Source: Proteromonas lacertae
Lineage: Eukaryota
Reading direction: 5' to 3'
Assembly (NCBI GenBank): GCA_002245135.1
Contig: NGBS01000304.1
Coordinates: 62,001 to 126,000 of the forward strand
DNA: 64,000 nucleotides
Position numbers and translations under genes: made by a program. Under the pieces are notes generated by a model that ran no database searches, was not told where the DNA came from, and was given only the letters and a program-made list of their open reading frames with translations. Shown piece after piece: positions 44,657-59,400 of this stretch. The first letter of the stretch is position 1, and every line of letters begins with the position of its first letter.

Positions 44657-45591
44657 ATGTTCACAACCAGAAGATTTCGCGATGGAATGGATAGAAAGGT
44701 GGATGATTTAGAATCTCGTATTAGAAGATTTATGGAAACTAAGAGTGGTTTTGAGAATATTCAAACACAAGCTCAGGTTCTTGCTCAATATTTAATGGGA
44801 TATGATGGTAGACGTGATGGTTGTTTGACTTTCGAGGAATTCAATGCTTCAATGATTGGTATGAATTTTGTAGGTACTCAATTTGAAATCATTGCTTTAT
44901 ATCAAAGATACGATGTTAATGGTGATAAGTATAATATATATTAATGCTATTTTTTAATAGTCGACTTGATTATAACGATTTTGCCAGTTATTTATATGGT
45001 ATTATTCCAAATCCAACAGGAACAGCAGAATACAGATTTTCAATGAATAAATTTAAAGATGAAGTGAAGCGACTTGATGGTATCTTGGGAATAAGAGCAT
45101 TACGTTTAATGTTTAACTGTCATGATAAGTACCACGACAGAAAATTATTAAAAGACGAGCTTATACGTGCAATACGCCAAGAAGGTTATAATCTCACTGA
45201 TTTAGATGCAAGAGTGATAATGAAGTGTTTTGATAAATATAGCACAGGATTTGTACAATTAGACGACTTCATTGATGGTGTTAGAGGTCCAAAGAAATAC
45301 GTACGAAGAGTATTAATTGAAGAAATATTTGATTTCTTGGATAGTGAGAAGTCAGGAAAATTAGTGTTAGATAATTTAAGAGATAGATGTGATATCACGA
45401 AATACCCACCAGTTGAAGGAGGAAAGATGTCCCCTGAGGATGGATTTAATCACTTCTTATATACTTGGGATTTAGAGGAGAAATATGTAACAAAGGAACA
45501 ATTTCTTGAGTATTATTTCGATATTGGTGGTTTAATATATGATGACGCACATTTTGAATCAATAATGAGAGAGTTTTGGAAATATAATTAA
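44657..45591 (+). CDS. Calcyphosin-like EF-hand protein (one intron)
   Basis: Repeated EF-hand-like loops; GIRAL..F, FIDGVRG..RRVLIEEIFDFLD..SG, VTKEQFLEYY..IYDDAHFE..W. Confidence 0.75.
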
Positions 45592-45673
45592 AAGAAAAAG
45601 GTATTTAAATAGTAATAATAAAATATTTCTTATTTTTTTAAATGTCTATTATAAAATATATTTTATTGTTTCT

Positions 45674-46982
45674 TTATTTCTTAATTAATTCAATAACTTT
45701 ATTCATTCTTTCTAGAATGCATTTGGTATGTAGGTGCTGAATGACACTATCATCAATACTATTATTACTATTATCTCTCCTTCCTGGATAATATTGATTA
45801 AAACAACCATTACATATTACATCACTCAATTTAATTTCACTTTCTTTCATTTTTATCTTTTCAATAATTCCTAGAGTTAAGAATCTATTTTCAACAAAAT
45901 GAATAAATAATGAATATTTAATACTGATTACACTACTGGACATAAAACTGGTAAAACTTTACCATTTTCAACATCACTTTGTTGAATTGGGATTTCTAAT
46001 TTTTGAACAGTCTGATTTAATGTATGAAGTGTACTTGGAAACGAATGATCTAGAGAATTTAAAAAATTTGAAGTGATCGTTGAATATCCTTTTGATTTAG
46101 AAGGATTTGAAGAAGCAAAAGTAAACAAATATTCTGGAATTGCCTGTATTTGATGATAGTAATTATATAATATAATCTCTTTAATCATTACATTTGAAAG
46201 TGGATATATAATTCTTATTTTTGAAGTGCCTTTATTTATTGGATTAGTAACATATGGTAAATTATAACCTCTTCCTTGTAAGACATTATTGAATATTAAA
46301 TTGCCTAAATGAGTCATATTATAACCATATAAAACTACTTGAAAATCTATTGAAAAAAATTAAAAAGAATGTAAAATTGTACTGTTATTTGTTGCATATT
46401 GATTTATTATATTACATATATCTGATTGATATAATACATACTTTTGATCATCACTACAATTTATATTAATAATATATAAATAAATCAATACTTTGTATTT
46501 TTATTAATATTAATTATTTCTTCTTCTGCAAATGATAATGGCAAGATAGTTAATGGAAATTCGTATTTTTCACAATTACTTTTAATTTGATCAATATATG
46601 GTGATGTAAATGGAGTTTCTACATGTAATACTTCAACTTTTAAATCCATTCTTGAACGACCTGTTCCTGTAATACACTGTCTTAATAAATTTAATATTAA
46701 CCTGTTATTTTATATAGAAATAAATTACTATTAGTATAAACATACGATGAAGAAGAACCACCAGAATATGAAACTAAAATAGTTTTGTCAAATTTCGATT
46801 TACCTTTGGAAAAACCAACTTTAAACAAGTGTTCTATTAAGTAAAAATAACAATCTTTGCATGACAGGTTTTCTCTCATTTTGATGGTCGCATTATCTTT
46901 CTATAAATATGAAATTCATGGTATTACAATATGGTTATATAAATATTTATACTTTACATTTATAACAGATTCTTGTAGACAT
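45674..46982 (-). CDS. CTU2: Cytoplasmic tRNA 2-thiolation protein 2 (multi-exon)
   Basis: N-terminal CxxC..CxxC, degenerate PP-loop SYSGGSSS, GRGYNLP, IIYPL..KEI..Y, FLNSLDHSFPST. Confidence 0.75.
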
Positions 46983-47093
46983 CGCAATTAATAATTTAAT
47001 TTCTATTAAATATATACCCGTTTTAAATTGATGATTTTTGATTGGTCAATTTCATAACTCAAAAATCGTTTTTTAAATTAATATTTAAGTTTT

Positions 47094-47778
47094 ATGGCAC
47101 AATACGGCAAACCAGATTATTGGGATGATAGATTTACAAGGTATAATTACCAAATATTTATATTTTAGAGATCCCGAACCTTTTGATTGGTATCAAAGAT
47201 ATTCAGGCTTACAGGAGCTTATCAGACAATACGTCCAAAAGACAGACAATATTCTTGTTGTAGGATGTGGAAATTCTAGTATTTTTTCAACGATTTATAT
47301 TTTTATGTAGGATTAAGTGAAGATATGTACGAAGATGGTTTTACTACAATCCAAAATATTGATATTTCAAAAGTTGTTGTTGAACAAATGGTTGAAAAAT
47401 ACAAAGGACAAAGAAGGATTGAAATGGACTGAAATGAACGTCACTGATATGCAATTTTCAGAAAATACATTTGATGTTGTAATAGATAAAGGCTGCATGG
47501 ATTCAATTTTATGTGGTGAAGGTTCTACCAATAATGTAGGTAAAATGTGTAGTGAAGTATCACGTGTTCTTAAAGAGAAAGGAATTTATATTGTAGTTAC
47601 TTATGGCATTCCTGAAAATAGATTAAGTTATTTAGAAAAGGATGATTACAGATGGAAAGTGACTACACAAACCGTACCAAAGCCAACTATCAGTACTACA
47701 GCACAAAGTGACAACAAGGAAGCTAGTGCTGTTCATTATATTTACATTTGCCAAAAGGGAGGAGCTACAGAAGAATAA
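47094..47778 (+). CDS. SAM-dependent methyltransferase (EEF1AKMT4/METTL13-N-like)
   Basis: Motifs YGKPDYWDDRF, FDWYQRY, ILVVGCGNS, FDVVIDKGCMDSILCG, EVSRVLK. Confidence 0.85.
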
Positions 47779-48056
47779 AGTAATATTTTATTAATTCATT
47801 CAATATTATTGTAATTCTTTTTTTCTTTTTTTTTTCGAATTATTTAGTATGTATTCATATCGTTGGCAAACACTGTTGCGCAACAAAATAACTGTAAAGA
47901 CAAATAGATAATTAATATAAATATAGTCGTTTGTAAGGTTTGATTTTGAATATTCAAATTAATTTTGAAAATTGACTGTTGTAGTTGATATATAATCAAA
48001 ATACAATCCAAAATCTATTTTAATTATAATCATTTACATAATATAAACAGTAATAT

Positions 48057-48690
48057 ATGGATACAGAAACAAAAATTCCAGTGATTGAAAGAAGATTAGA
48101 TGTACTGGAAAATGAGGTTGTATTTATAAATATAATTAATGTTACATAGAGTGGAATATCAAAGCAAGTAAATATCTTAGTTAAAGTATTCAACTAATTA
48201 ATATTTTCTATAGTTAGTTGAAAATATGAATGTCAGTAATAGAAACAAATCACCTAGGAAAGGTAACAGGAAAAGAGAAATAAACAATAATGATTCAGAT
48301 GATGAAAACATAAATCAAGAAATTACTACACATAGATCACCCTCTCAACATCGTCATCATAGTAAATCAAAGAATGAATCAAAGAAATGCAAAAAGCCAC
48401 GCATATATCAAAAGACACATATATAAGAAGAGCATTTAAGCCAAGTGTAACAAAAGAAGTAGAGTTATACAAAAAGATTCAGAAAGAAGAAGAAAAGAAA
48501 AAGAAAGAAAAAGATGTATATAAAGATGAACTGAAAGAAATTAAAACAAAGAGAAGACAGAATTAAGAATTATCCTGGTTTGAGTGATGATGTGAATTTG
48601 TTTTATTATTACTCTTTAGCAAAAAAGAAATGGGTAAAACGAAAACCTGAAAGAGTTAACTCAAATAGAAAACCATTTATTGTACCTTAA
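48057..48690 (+). CDS. Small basic/charged hypothetical protein (multi-exon)
   Basis: ATG at 48057, small introns, K/E-rich exons, ends ..RKPFIVP*. Confidence 0.4.
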
Positions 48691-48761
48691 TATAAACTAA
48701 AAGCAATATTAACATTATTTATTTATTATTAATACAGTATTTTAACTGAATAAAAGAGATT

Positions 48762-49505
48762 ATAAACAACAAATTCATATATTTTGTCTATAGTTCAATA
48801 GTAATAATGATTTCTTTTTAAAGAGCAGTTTCTTCATCATCACTTTCATCTTCTTCATCTTCATCATCATCACTTTCTTCTTTCTCAGCTAAAGCTTTTT
48901 CATTCTTCTTATCATCACTCTTTTTACTTACAGCTTTTTCATCTTTCTTTTCTTCTACTTTCTTTCCATCTTCACCTTCATCATCTTCACCTTCATCATC
49001 TTCATCATCATCTCCCAAATTTGAATAATTCTCAGTTTTACCAATTCGAACTCCAGCAGATTTCTTACCTTTCGTTGTAGATGTGGATTTAGCTGACGGT
49101 TTTCTTACTACTACTGTACGATTTCGAGAATAAATCACTACAACTGCAGCAATTATCAAGATAGCTGCTAAACCACCTACTACTCCACCTACTATTGCAC
49201 CTACACTACTTGAACTCTTGGCTTTACTTATTGTTACAGGACTATCATATTCGATTGAAGCACTTGTAAATGAACCATATCTTCTTATTTTACCAGATAT
49301 CGTATCTTGCATTAATTTTGAAGATAATTCATTACTAACTCCACTTGTATTTTCAGTTTCTATATACACATCTACTCGAATTGTTCTACTGCTTTGTAAA
49401 GATCTTAATCGAACATTTTCATGTTGTTCTACTCTTACTTTACTATAATCAATTGTTAATGATTCAGCTACAGCTGTTTGAATTGCAAATTTCATTGTAG
49501 ATGAT
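48762..49505 (-). repeat. Inverted duplicate of the 3' end and downstream flank of the giant surface-protein gene (61852-62580)
   Basis: Near-identical reverse complement; one extra 15-bp unit (GEDDE) and a few synonymous substitutions. Confidence 0.95.
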
Positions 49506-49564
49506 TTAATCAACACTACTGTTATTAACTGCATAATACAAATTGATATTATATGTTGACTCAC
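48818..49564 (-). CDS. Possible truncated paralogue: novel hydrophobic N-terminus + juxtamembrane domain + TM + acidic tail (or an unexpressed fragment)
   Basis: Intact 248-aa ORF; the first ~20 aa come from non-duplicated sequence. Confidence 0.4.
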   Translation of the reverse strand: MSQHIISICIMQLITVVLIKSSTMKFAIQTAVAESLTIDYSKVRVEQHENVRLRSLQSSRTIRVDVYIETENTSGVSNELSSKLMQDTISGKIRRYGSFTSASIEYDSPVTISKAKSSSSVGAIVGGVVGGLAAILIIAAVVVIYSRNRTVVVRKPSAKSTSTTKGKKSAGVRIGKTENYSNLGDDDEDDEGEDDEGEDGKKVEEKKDEKAVSKKSDDKKNEKALAEKEESDDDEDEEDESDDEETAL

Positions 49565-50417
49565 ATGTTATATTAATAAAATCATCATAAACAATTATTT
49601 AATCTACTATATAATACAAAAAACAATGAAATTCATTTTGATTTGAAAATTAATTATTTGACTCGATCATTTTCTAGAAATTTCTTTGAATGTAAGAATT
49701 GATGTTTTGTTGTTTTATTATAAATATTAACAAAATATGTAATAATAAAATTCTACAGTTAATTCTATATTCTTATGCGTATATTCTAGTATTTATACTT
49801 TCAAAACTAAAGTTACACCTGAATCTTATATGCTTTTCTCTCAATTTGTTATAACTATCTAATTATAGAGAGTATAACTATTTAAGAATGGTTATATAAA
49901 CGAAAAAACTCATCACATATAAATTTCGTTAATATGTTATCTTCATTCAGTCTTACATTTATAAAAGACTAGCATAGAGCATAACTATATAGCTCATTCA
50001 CCGTCCAACATACATAATTTTGCAGATTTATTCACTATATAGTTCAAAAATCAAAATTAAAGAGAAATGAAAATGCAGGTTTGACATTGATTTGAGCAAA
50101 TAAACAAAATTTTATGATTTTTCTCATTGTATAAAGGATAATTTTAAACAAAAGAATATCTGCCCTTTTAGTTATGATACTATTTATCGAAATATATAAC
50201 TAAATAAGAAATAAGACATATAACTAAATTATATATTATAAGAATAAACTACACTATAACATAGTTTTAGTTACTACTAAAAATATTGTAAAGTCTTATT
50301 ACTCAATTCTTAATAATTAAGCAGAAAAAACGCTTTTTGAAACAACTATGAAATCACTATTTAATGAATTAGCCAATCAATGACTTTAGATCTTTAATAA
50401 GATACAAGAAATCAAAG

Positions 50418-53400
50418 ATGATTAAATTGCTTCTTATTACAGCTCTGTGTATATTTCATTTTTTTTAATTATAATAGTACTCGCAGTGAGTAATGCCCAG
50501 ATACAGTCTTGCAGTTATGGACCCACTGGTGCTATTCCTGTACCAATTGGACAGTTTTATGTAATCCAACCACCAAAGTGTGCAGCATCCACTCAATTAG
50601 GATTTGTAGTTGTAAATGATGTACAACACATTCTGAATGCTGGATATAAATTTAATACAACAACTGGTGCTTTCTCTGGTGTATTAACAGGAATGCCACA
50701 AACATATACTGTTATAATTAGTCAAAACTATGCTCAAATAATGCTTACATTGAAAGCAATCCCTTATGCTCAATTTATGGCTGGTGTTTCATGGATGTTT
50801 GTTGAAACTCATGATCAAGTACATGATGGTGAACCAAAGGAACCGAAAAGAGCAACTTTAGATAAAATAATTAATGGTGATGTGGCATTTCATGCTTTCA
50901 AGACTGATAAAGCATATCATTCTTGTGGTCAAGCCACACCATGCGATTTTGGTGTAAATCCAACTGGTCTTTACTTCGTCATGACATTTGCATTTGAAGT
51001 AACTGAACCAACTGAAACAATTAAATTTGAATTTAGAGTAGATGATTACTCATGGGTATTTATTGATAATTTAGATACACCAGTTGTAACAACAACATTC
51101 TGGAATACTGGATTTGAACATGAAGGTACATTTAGTACAGGCGTTCACTTTGTGTATGTACTTGGTTTGAATCAGAATGGTGAAGGAGGTGATGAAGTGA
51201 AATGGAATAGACATACAGGTGAAATGCATGTAGTAGGTGAAAATCCAGCTGACGATTTCAAATCAGTACCAGCACCACTACAATTCGTGGAATGGAGAAC
51301 ATTAGATATGATTATGATTGTTAATGAAACACAAACATTAACTCCAGTTATAACTGGTTTCTTCTTTGAACCAACAGCTGTACCAGAATTACCAACTGGT
51401 TTATCAATGTCAACAACAACAGGTCAAATTGCTGGTGCTCCAGTTGCTATTACTCCAAGTAGTATCCAACATCAAATGACAATGAAGAATTGGGCTATGA
51501 CTGGTGAAAATGCTTATTCAATTACCAACCAATTATCAATTCAAGTTATGGCTAATACAGTGGAGAATATGGCTAAAGGTTTAGATGGTTTATACTATAC
51601 TTCACCAGGTAGAGGATGTGATTATCGTCCTATTGATTTAGAAGTTGATACATTAAAGTACAGAAGATTCGATCAAATTTTACCAAAACAATTAATGGTT
51701 ACAGCTTGGACAGGTTTAAGTGGTGATTTTATTAATCAATTTACTGTTGAATGGACTGGTGTTTTAAGAACTGATTCAGGTGGTAGTTATACTATTTCAA
51801 CAACTACCAATGGTGGAATTAGAATTGAAGTTGGTGGAGTTGTTATACAGACAGTAGGATGTGGTTCAAATGGTCAATTATATGCACAAGGAAATGTTAT
51901 ATTAGCAGCAGGTTTTAATGATATTAAAATAACATATTGGAAATCATCTGGTAATTCATTTAAATCAATTAGTATTAGATGGCAATGTATCGAAGCTAGT
52001 ATTCCTTCATTGATTGAAATTCCTGATGCAAATTTAATTCGTATGCCAAGATATTCATTCAGTTATACATATGAAACTGCTGATTATATTAAGGGTGTTT
52101 TAATTAGTGAAAACTGCCCTATTTATAATGGTATAAATGATGTAGCAGCTATAAATGGATTCACTTCAGTTCCAGAATTACCAAAAGGTCTTTTCGATCA
52201 GTACTGCAGGAGCAAATAAAGGTTGTATTTATGGAACCATTAATACAACTAATCCAGATAGTATGTTACCAACATATTTTACAATAAGTGCAACAACAGG
52301 AAGTAAAACATATCAAAGCAGAATGACATTATCTTACAACTCATATGTTATACCATCATCCATAGAATATAAACCAGTAACTGTTAATATTGGTGAATAT
52401 TTCAATGTTACTCCAATTATAGTTGGTAGTCATTATACAGTAGAAGCTTCAAATGGAGATTTACCAGCTGGTTTACAATTAAATCCAGTAACTGGTGTAA
52501 TATCAGGTACACCTACTGAAGCATTAATGAATGGACAAATAAAAATATCAGTAACAAATGCTGTAGGTAAAGCTGAAGGTTATTTTTCATTGACAATTCA
52601 AGATTGTCAAAATGGTTATAATTTTATGCAATTAGCTTATATTACTGGTTCTGGTAAACAACTATCTGTAGTTGCTGCTGGTTCTGATTCATCTATGATT
52701 TATTCACAAACAACTCATGAAGATGATACATATTATAGTTTCTATAAGTGTGTAAACAGCCCAAATGTTACAGTTACATTTACACTTATTAGTGGAAGAA
52801 TTGGTAGTTATATTATTAGTGAAAAAGGAAATAAAATGTTGAAATATGGTAAATGGACTTCTGCTAATTCTAAATCAGAGATTGTAACTTTCAGTGAAGC
52901 TGCAAATACTCCATCTATTGTATATGAAAATAACGCTAATTTACAAATTGTAACTGGTGAATATTATGAAATATATCCAATTATAAGCTCTGGTGCTGTA
53001 ACTGAATTCTCTGCTACAAATTTAGCTCCAGGTTTATCTATTAATACAACCACTGGTTTAATCTATGGTACTGTAGGAGATGTTGTAAATAACCAAGCAA
53101 ATGGTGTAATGAGTGTAACTGCAAAGAATGGAGCAGTAGCATCAGTTACGCCTGCAACAATTTCATATTCCCATACAGTAGGTTGTTTAAATAATCAAGT
53201 GTTGTTGAAAATATCCATAAATGGTGCAGCAAAAGGTCAAGTAATGACTATCAGAGTATTGAATTCACAGAATATAGAAGTATTTTCATTAAATGGTATG
53301 AATAGATACAGTTCTCAAACATATTCAAAGTGTCAACCAAGAGGTACATATTCTGTTGTTTATGGTACATCAGACAATTCAGCATGGGATAGTGACAGTT

Positions 53401-56400
53401 ATATGATTATACAGAATCGTGATGAAGTTATTTCAACTTTAAGATTCAATGGAGGAAATGAAGTAACATTCTCTTTCATCCTTTCAATTGAAATTGCTTC
53501 TACAGCTCAATGGGAATATTCAGAATCATTTCAACCTAATTGGTTTTCATCAGCACCTGGTACTTGGAAAAAAGCATCACCAGGTCAATTCAATAGAAAT
53601 CAGGGAACTCCAACAATGTATTATAGAACATCTTTACAAACAACAAAATTTGATGAATATTCAAGTTTTTCCATCAGAATAAGATGTGATGGTGGTTTAG
53701 TTGGTTATATTAATGGAGCTGAGTTCTATAGAAAGAATATGCCTTCAGGAACAGTAAGTGATAGTTCATTTGCCACAAGTGGTACTGAAAACGGTGAATA
53801 TTTCAATGTTATATCTATTACATCATTATTACAAGAGAATTATGCAAATGTAATTGCCTTTGAAACTCACAAAGCTCCAACTACAACAGCAATAAGTGAT
53901 CCATTCCAAGTTCGTATGGCAATGATTGGTAACTCAGGTTCAGGATGTGAAGCATTATATAAAGGTACAAGATCAGTTCCAGCAGATGTTACTGTAGTAT
54001 ATGATTCAACAGATCCAACTATGTCAAATCTAAATTGTGAAGAATGTGCAAATGCATATTTTGATGTTAATCATAATACTAAAGGTTTGAGAACGACAGA
54101 CAATGGTAAAGCTCATTTTATATTACAATTAAAGAAAGCTTTATTCTTTGATAGTTTCTACATTGTTACAGGTAATGATTGTACTAATCGTGATCCAGCT
54201 GACATGGAATATTTATGGTGCTACATCTAATGATATGTTCACACAATGGACTCTAATATATCAAAATACAAATGTTAGTGCTTTACCAGGTGAAAGTGTA
54301 AGAGATTGGGAATGGACTCATAGAAACGAAGTAGTCAAGTTTACTAACTTCATCACAACTACAACTTGTGAAAGCTGCTTATGATTATATTAAATTTGAA
54401 GTTATATCAACAAAATATGTAAGTCACCAAGTATGTGGACAAGATTATAGAATGCAATTTAAGGACTTTTATCCAGTAGTATGTAGTGCATTGATTTGTC
54501 CACCAAGTGATCCATTTGTTGCTACAAAATCAGGTAGTACAGCTACAGCTCAATGTTATAATTTACCTTCTGCTGCTCAAATGACAAGATTATGTAAAGA
54601 TGATGGTACATGGGGAGATATAGATATTAGTAAATGTGAAGGTCCAACATCAATAATATATCCAATTATTCCAGCATTAAGTGTAAATACATTCATTGCT
54701 CCAATTACACCAACCATTCAAGGTACAGTAATAAATATTCGAACTGATCCAGCATTACCAGATGGTCTAAAGATTGATCCAATGAGTGGTGTTATAAGTG
54801 GTTATCCAACAGAAGTTATAAGTCCAGTAAGAATATACACAGTAGTAGGTGATACTTTTCGTGGTAACGGTGCTGTAAAATCATTCCTTCAAATTGAAGT
54901 TACATATCCACAATGTCCAGCTATTGAAACATTCCCCAAAACTAACATCAATGAAATGATTACTACAAGATGTGATGCAGGTTATAGTGGTAGAAAAACA
55001 AGATTGTGTTTAGCAACCAATCCACCAACATGGGGACCTTGGGATACAACTGATTGTAAACCAGGAGTGGCTCCAATTTGTAATTACCCTAAGAATGAAT
55101 ATGAAATGAATTTGAATAATCCAGCACCATTAATTACAGCTAGTTGCAGTGGCCCAGCTCTCTCAATTGTGACAATAGATCCAGCATTACCAACAGGTAT
55201 GTCATTCGATTCAAAAAATGGTACTATATCTGGAACTCCAAGTTCACCATTAAGAAGAAGTTTATATACAATTACATTCAATGCAACAAGTGGTTTTGAT
55301 ATTGCTGAATTATACTTAACAGTGTGGGGTAAAATATCAAAGTGTGAATATAAATATGTAGGTGATATTAATCTATTCATTAACAATCCATTTACATTAG
55401 ATCCACCAACTTGTGATTTTGAAGTTCAAAAATTTACAGCAACTGGATTACCAGAAGGATTTATTATGTTAAATGATGGTACAATTACTGGTACAACATC
55501 TGTAGTGAAGAACTATAATGTTCAAATTACAGCAACAAATCCAATCAGTTCAACAAGTTTCAGTACAAATATAAAGGTTACTGAAGAAATTACAGTTCCA
55601 AAGTTATTTGGTAAATACACTTATGGTGTTTATTACGGTGCTCCAAACTTTGTAGAAACATGGAAAGGTTTAGAAGATGGTACAATTGATTATGAATGGG
55701 CTGATAGTCCAGATGATTTATCAAACTGGAAGAGAGTATTAGATGGTTGTACATTTGGTCAAAGTGTCATAAGAACATCTTATTATGCTGCTACTTGGAA
55801 AGGTTATATTAATTTACCAGCTCAAGGTGATTATGAGTTTGTAATTAGAGGTGATGATAAGTTAGGTATATTTATGGATACATTTGATAAAATGGTACAT
55901 GAAACACATGCTTGGGATGATTTCCAAACATTTACAATGAAAGCATTAGCTAAAGGAAAGCATCGATTTGGTGTTATGTTCTGGCAAGGTGTTGGTGATC
56001 ATATTGTATCAATGCAATGGAAAGTACCTGGTACCTCTTCATTAGTATATATTCCTGACTCAGTATTCTCTCATAATCCAACATTATTAACTGTTTATCA
56101 ATATCCAGCTAGTGATTATATTTTCATTAATGGACTTGATGTAGGTAGAATTGTACCAGATGTTCAAGGTAGTTACACTAAGTTTATTTCAAAATCTACA
56201 ATGCCTTCTGGTTTGAAATATGAAAATGCTATTATTTCAGGTACTCCAACAGTATCATTACAAAGAACTAAATTTACATTCACTTGCGAATCTCCAACTA
56301 CAACAATTGAAACTAGTATTTATATTAGTGTTGTTTCATTAACAAAAGAGAATTTATTGAATGGTGTTGAAGGTAGTTATTACACTTATGGTGGCAATAT

Positions 56401-59400
56401 TGAATGTTGGTATCAAAATGTAGATGATGGTAGTTTCAATTTACAATATCAAAGACAAATTCCAACTTTCTATCATGCTCCATCAACTCAGATTTGGACT
56501 GGTTTAACTGGTGAATTTGCTCTTCAATTTGCTGCTAAATGGGTTGGTTATTTAGATGTTCCTGAAGATGGTACTTATACATTCACAATTTCTGGTCAAG
56601 ATGGTATAAGATTTGAAATAGCTGGAACTGTTATTAGAACAAATGAAAATTGTGGTTTAGTAACTCAAATCTGCAACAAGTGAGATTATCCAGTGGTTTA
56701 CAACCAATTCAAGTTAATTTCTGGAAGACAAGAAATAGTGCTATGACAAGTGTAAGCGTAAAATGGATGAAAACAATAGGATCACTTATTCCATTTGCTG
56801 AATTACCAAATGAAAGATTATTACATAAACCAACATCCTCATTCTCATATGTTTATTCAATTGCTGCTTATATTGTGAATGTTAAGATTGCTGATAATAA
56901 ACCAGTATTCTTCCAAGTAGATGCCAATTTATATAAGAGTTTCTATGTTATTCCACCATTACCATCTGGATTGAATCTTAATACTGGAAATGGTATTATA
57001 TCTGGTACTCCAAAGGTTGCAGTTCAAACAAGCTTCTTTACAGTAACAGCAGTAGCCATTGATGGAACTACACTAAGTTTCGCATTGTCAATTCATATTA
57101 ATCCATACAGTCCTCCAATCAATTTGGTTTATAAACCAGTAAATGGTAAAGTAGGTGATGAATTAGTGAGTGAAGCTCCAACCTTAGATTCTGGTGAAAA
57201 TGTAAGATATACAACTACTGATACATTACCATTAGGAGTAGAATTAGATCCATTAACAGGTATATTTAAAGGTATTCCACAACAGTCATTCACTAATACT
57301 AATCCGATTACAGTAACATGTTCAAATCCATCTGCTTCAATTACTGCTCAAGTAGTGATATCTATATCAGGATGTGATGGTGGTAAAAAATATGTTAGTT
57401 TCTCATATGAAATAGGAAATAAAGAAGTATCAATCAATTTAAGAGATTCTACTGGAAATACATTAGTTAATATTGCTTCTGGTTCATTAGTTGATTTTGC
57501 AACAGGTGAAGAAGCTCAATGTATTGCAGCTGGTCAAGCTACATTATCTATTACAAGTGCAGCCAAATCAGGTGGTTCATTCAAATTATATGTAGAAGGT
57601 GAATTAATGAAAATAGGAGAATGGAAAGATGGAATCGATACAATTACTTATCCATTCACTGTAGCTGATTCATCAATTCCAACAATTAGTGAATATTCTA
57701 GACCATCTCAAGTTTATATTGGTATACCATATACATTCTATCCAACATTAACTCAAGGAGCTTCTAAATTTGAAATTTCATCAGGTTTACTTCCAGATAC
57801 ATTGACATTTGATCAATCAACTGGTGTATTAAGTGGTATATTAAATAAAAATGAATTAACATTAACAATAACACCAACCAACAGTAAAGGAGCTAAAGGT
57901 GCTGCTTATGCTTTACAATTAACAGCACTATCTTGTCAAAATTCCTTAATTGGTTTAAGAGTAGTTGGTGGAACATCTGGTGTAGATAAGAAAGTGACAT
58001 TCCAATCCTTAGTAGGAGGAGGTGTATTAGTTGATTTAATTGGTTTTAAGAGTAATACAGAGAAAGATTATTTATTCTGCGTACCTACAGGTACTTATAT
58101 GGTTACAGTTGGTAGTACTGAAAGTAAGAGATGGAGTGATGGTTCTGTAGTATCTGTATTATTAGAAGGTGATAAATTATTATCAGTTTCATTAGAATCT
58201 GATCTTCCACAAACAATGAAAACAATTCAAATGAATACATTTGTAAATTCCAATTCTCAATGGCAATTAACTACAACAGAACCATTAGGTGGATGGAATA
58301 ATGATTTTAGTACAACAGCTGGATGGCAAACAACTACTGCAAGTTCATTCCCAAAGAGAATGGATATTACAACCTATTATAGAACAAGATTCGATTTTAC
58401 TGATTCAATTGCCAAGGTTGCTGAATTACAATTATCTTTAACATTCGATGCTGGTATTATTTGTTACTTGAATGGAAATGAATTCTATAGAAGAAATCTA
58501 CCAATGACTGGTATTACACATTATTTCAGAGCTCAAGCCGTATTTGTTCCACCTAGAGTGATGAGTATTACAGTAGGAAAGCATTTATTACAAAAAGGTC
58601 AAAATATATTAGCCATAGAAGTTCATAAACATGGTACATCATCAGAAGCTGATCCATTAAAAGTAATATTAACTCCATTATTATCATCAGATGCTGATGG
58701 TCAATGTTCAACTAGAACTTTATCATCAACATCATCACCAACTATGGATTCATCAACAACCTTCGGTGCTGCTGATTCTTCAAAAGCATTAAAGTTTGGC
58801 TTTGATTTTAGTGATGATACTTACTATCAATCAGAAGTTATAAAGGAATTACCAGGTGAAATGGTGTTTAAATGGCCTGTAGGTGTAGCTGAATTTATTA
58901 ATACATTCACAGTTACTCCAGTAAAACAATCAGCTGGTGAAAGTTCATTAAATAACATAGTGTTTTATGGTGCATTTAATAGAGATAATCCAGAATGGTT
59001 GAAAGTGAGAGAATTTGAGAATATAAATATGTTTACAGGTGGACCAGCAGTTGTTTTAGAAATGGAAAATAATGTCAGATCATTTGAAGCTTATAGAATT
59101 CAAGTTAAAAAATTGTCAACTGAATTAAGTTCAACATCATTTACCGCATTTGCTGAAATGGTAACAAAGAACTGTAAACCAGTAGTTTGTAGTGAACAGA
59201 CAGATTCAGATGGAGTATGGAAAGAAACAGTAGCTGGAAATAGAGCATTCTTAAGTTGTCCATCAGGTCAATATGGTTATAAAGAAAGATATTGCTACAA
59301 GAGTAGTTCAACACAAGGTATATTCTTTCCTGTAGAAAGCCAATGTTCTACAACACCAGCAACATCTATTAAGTATGGTTTAAATGATGAATTAACATTC

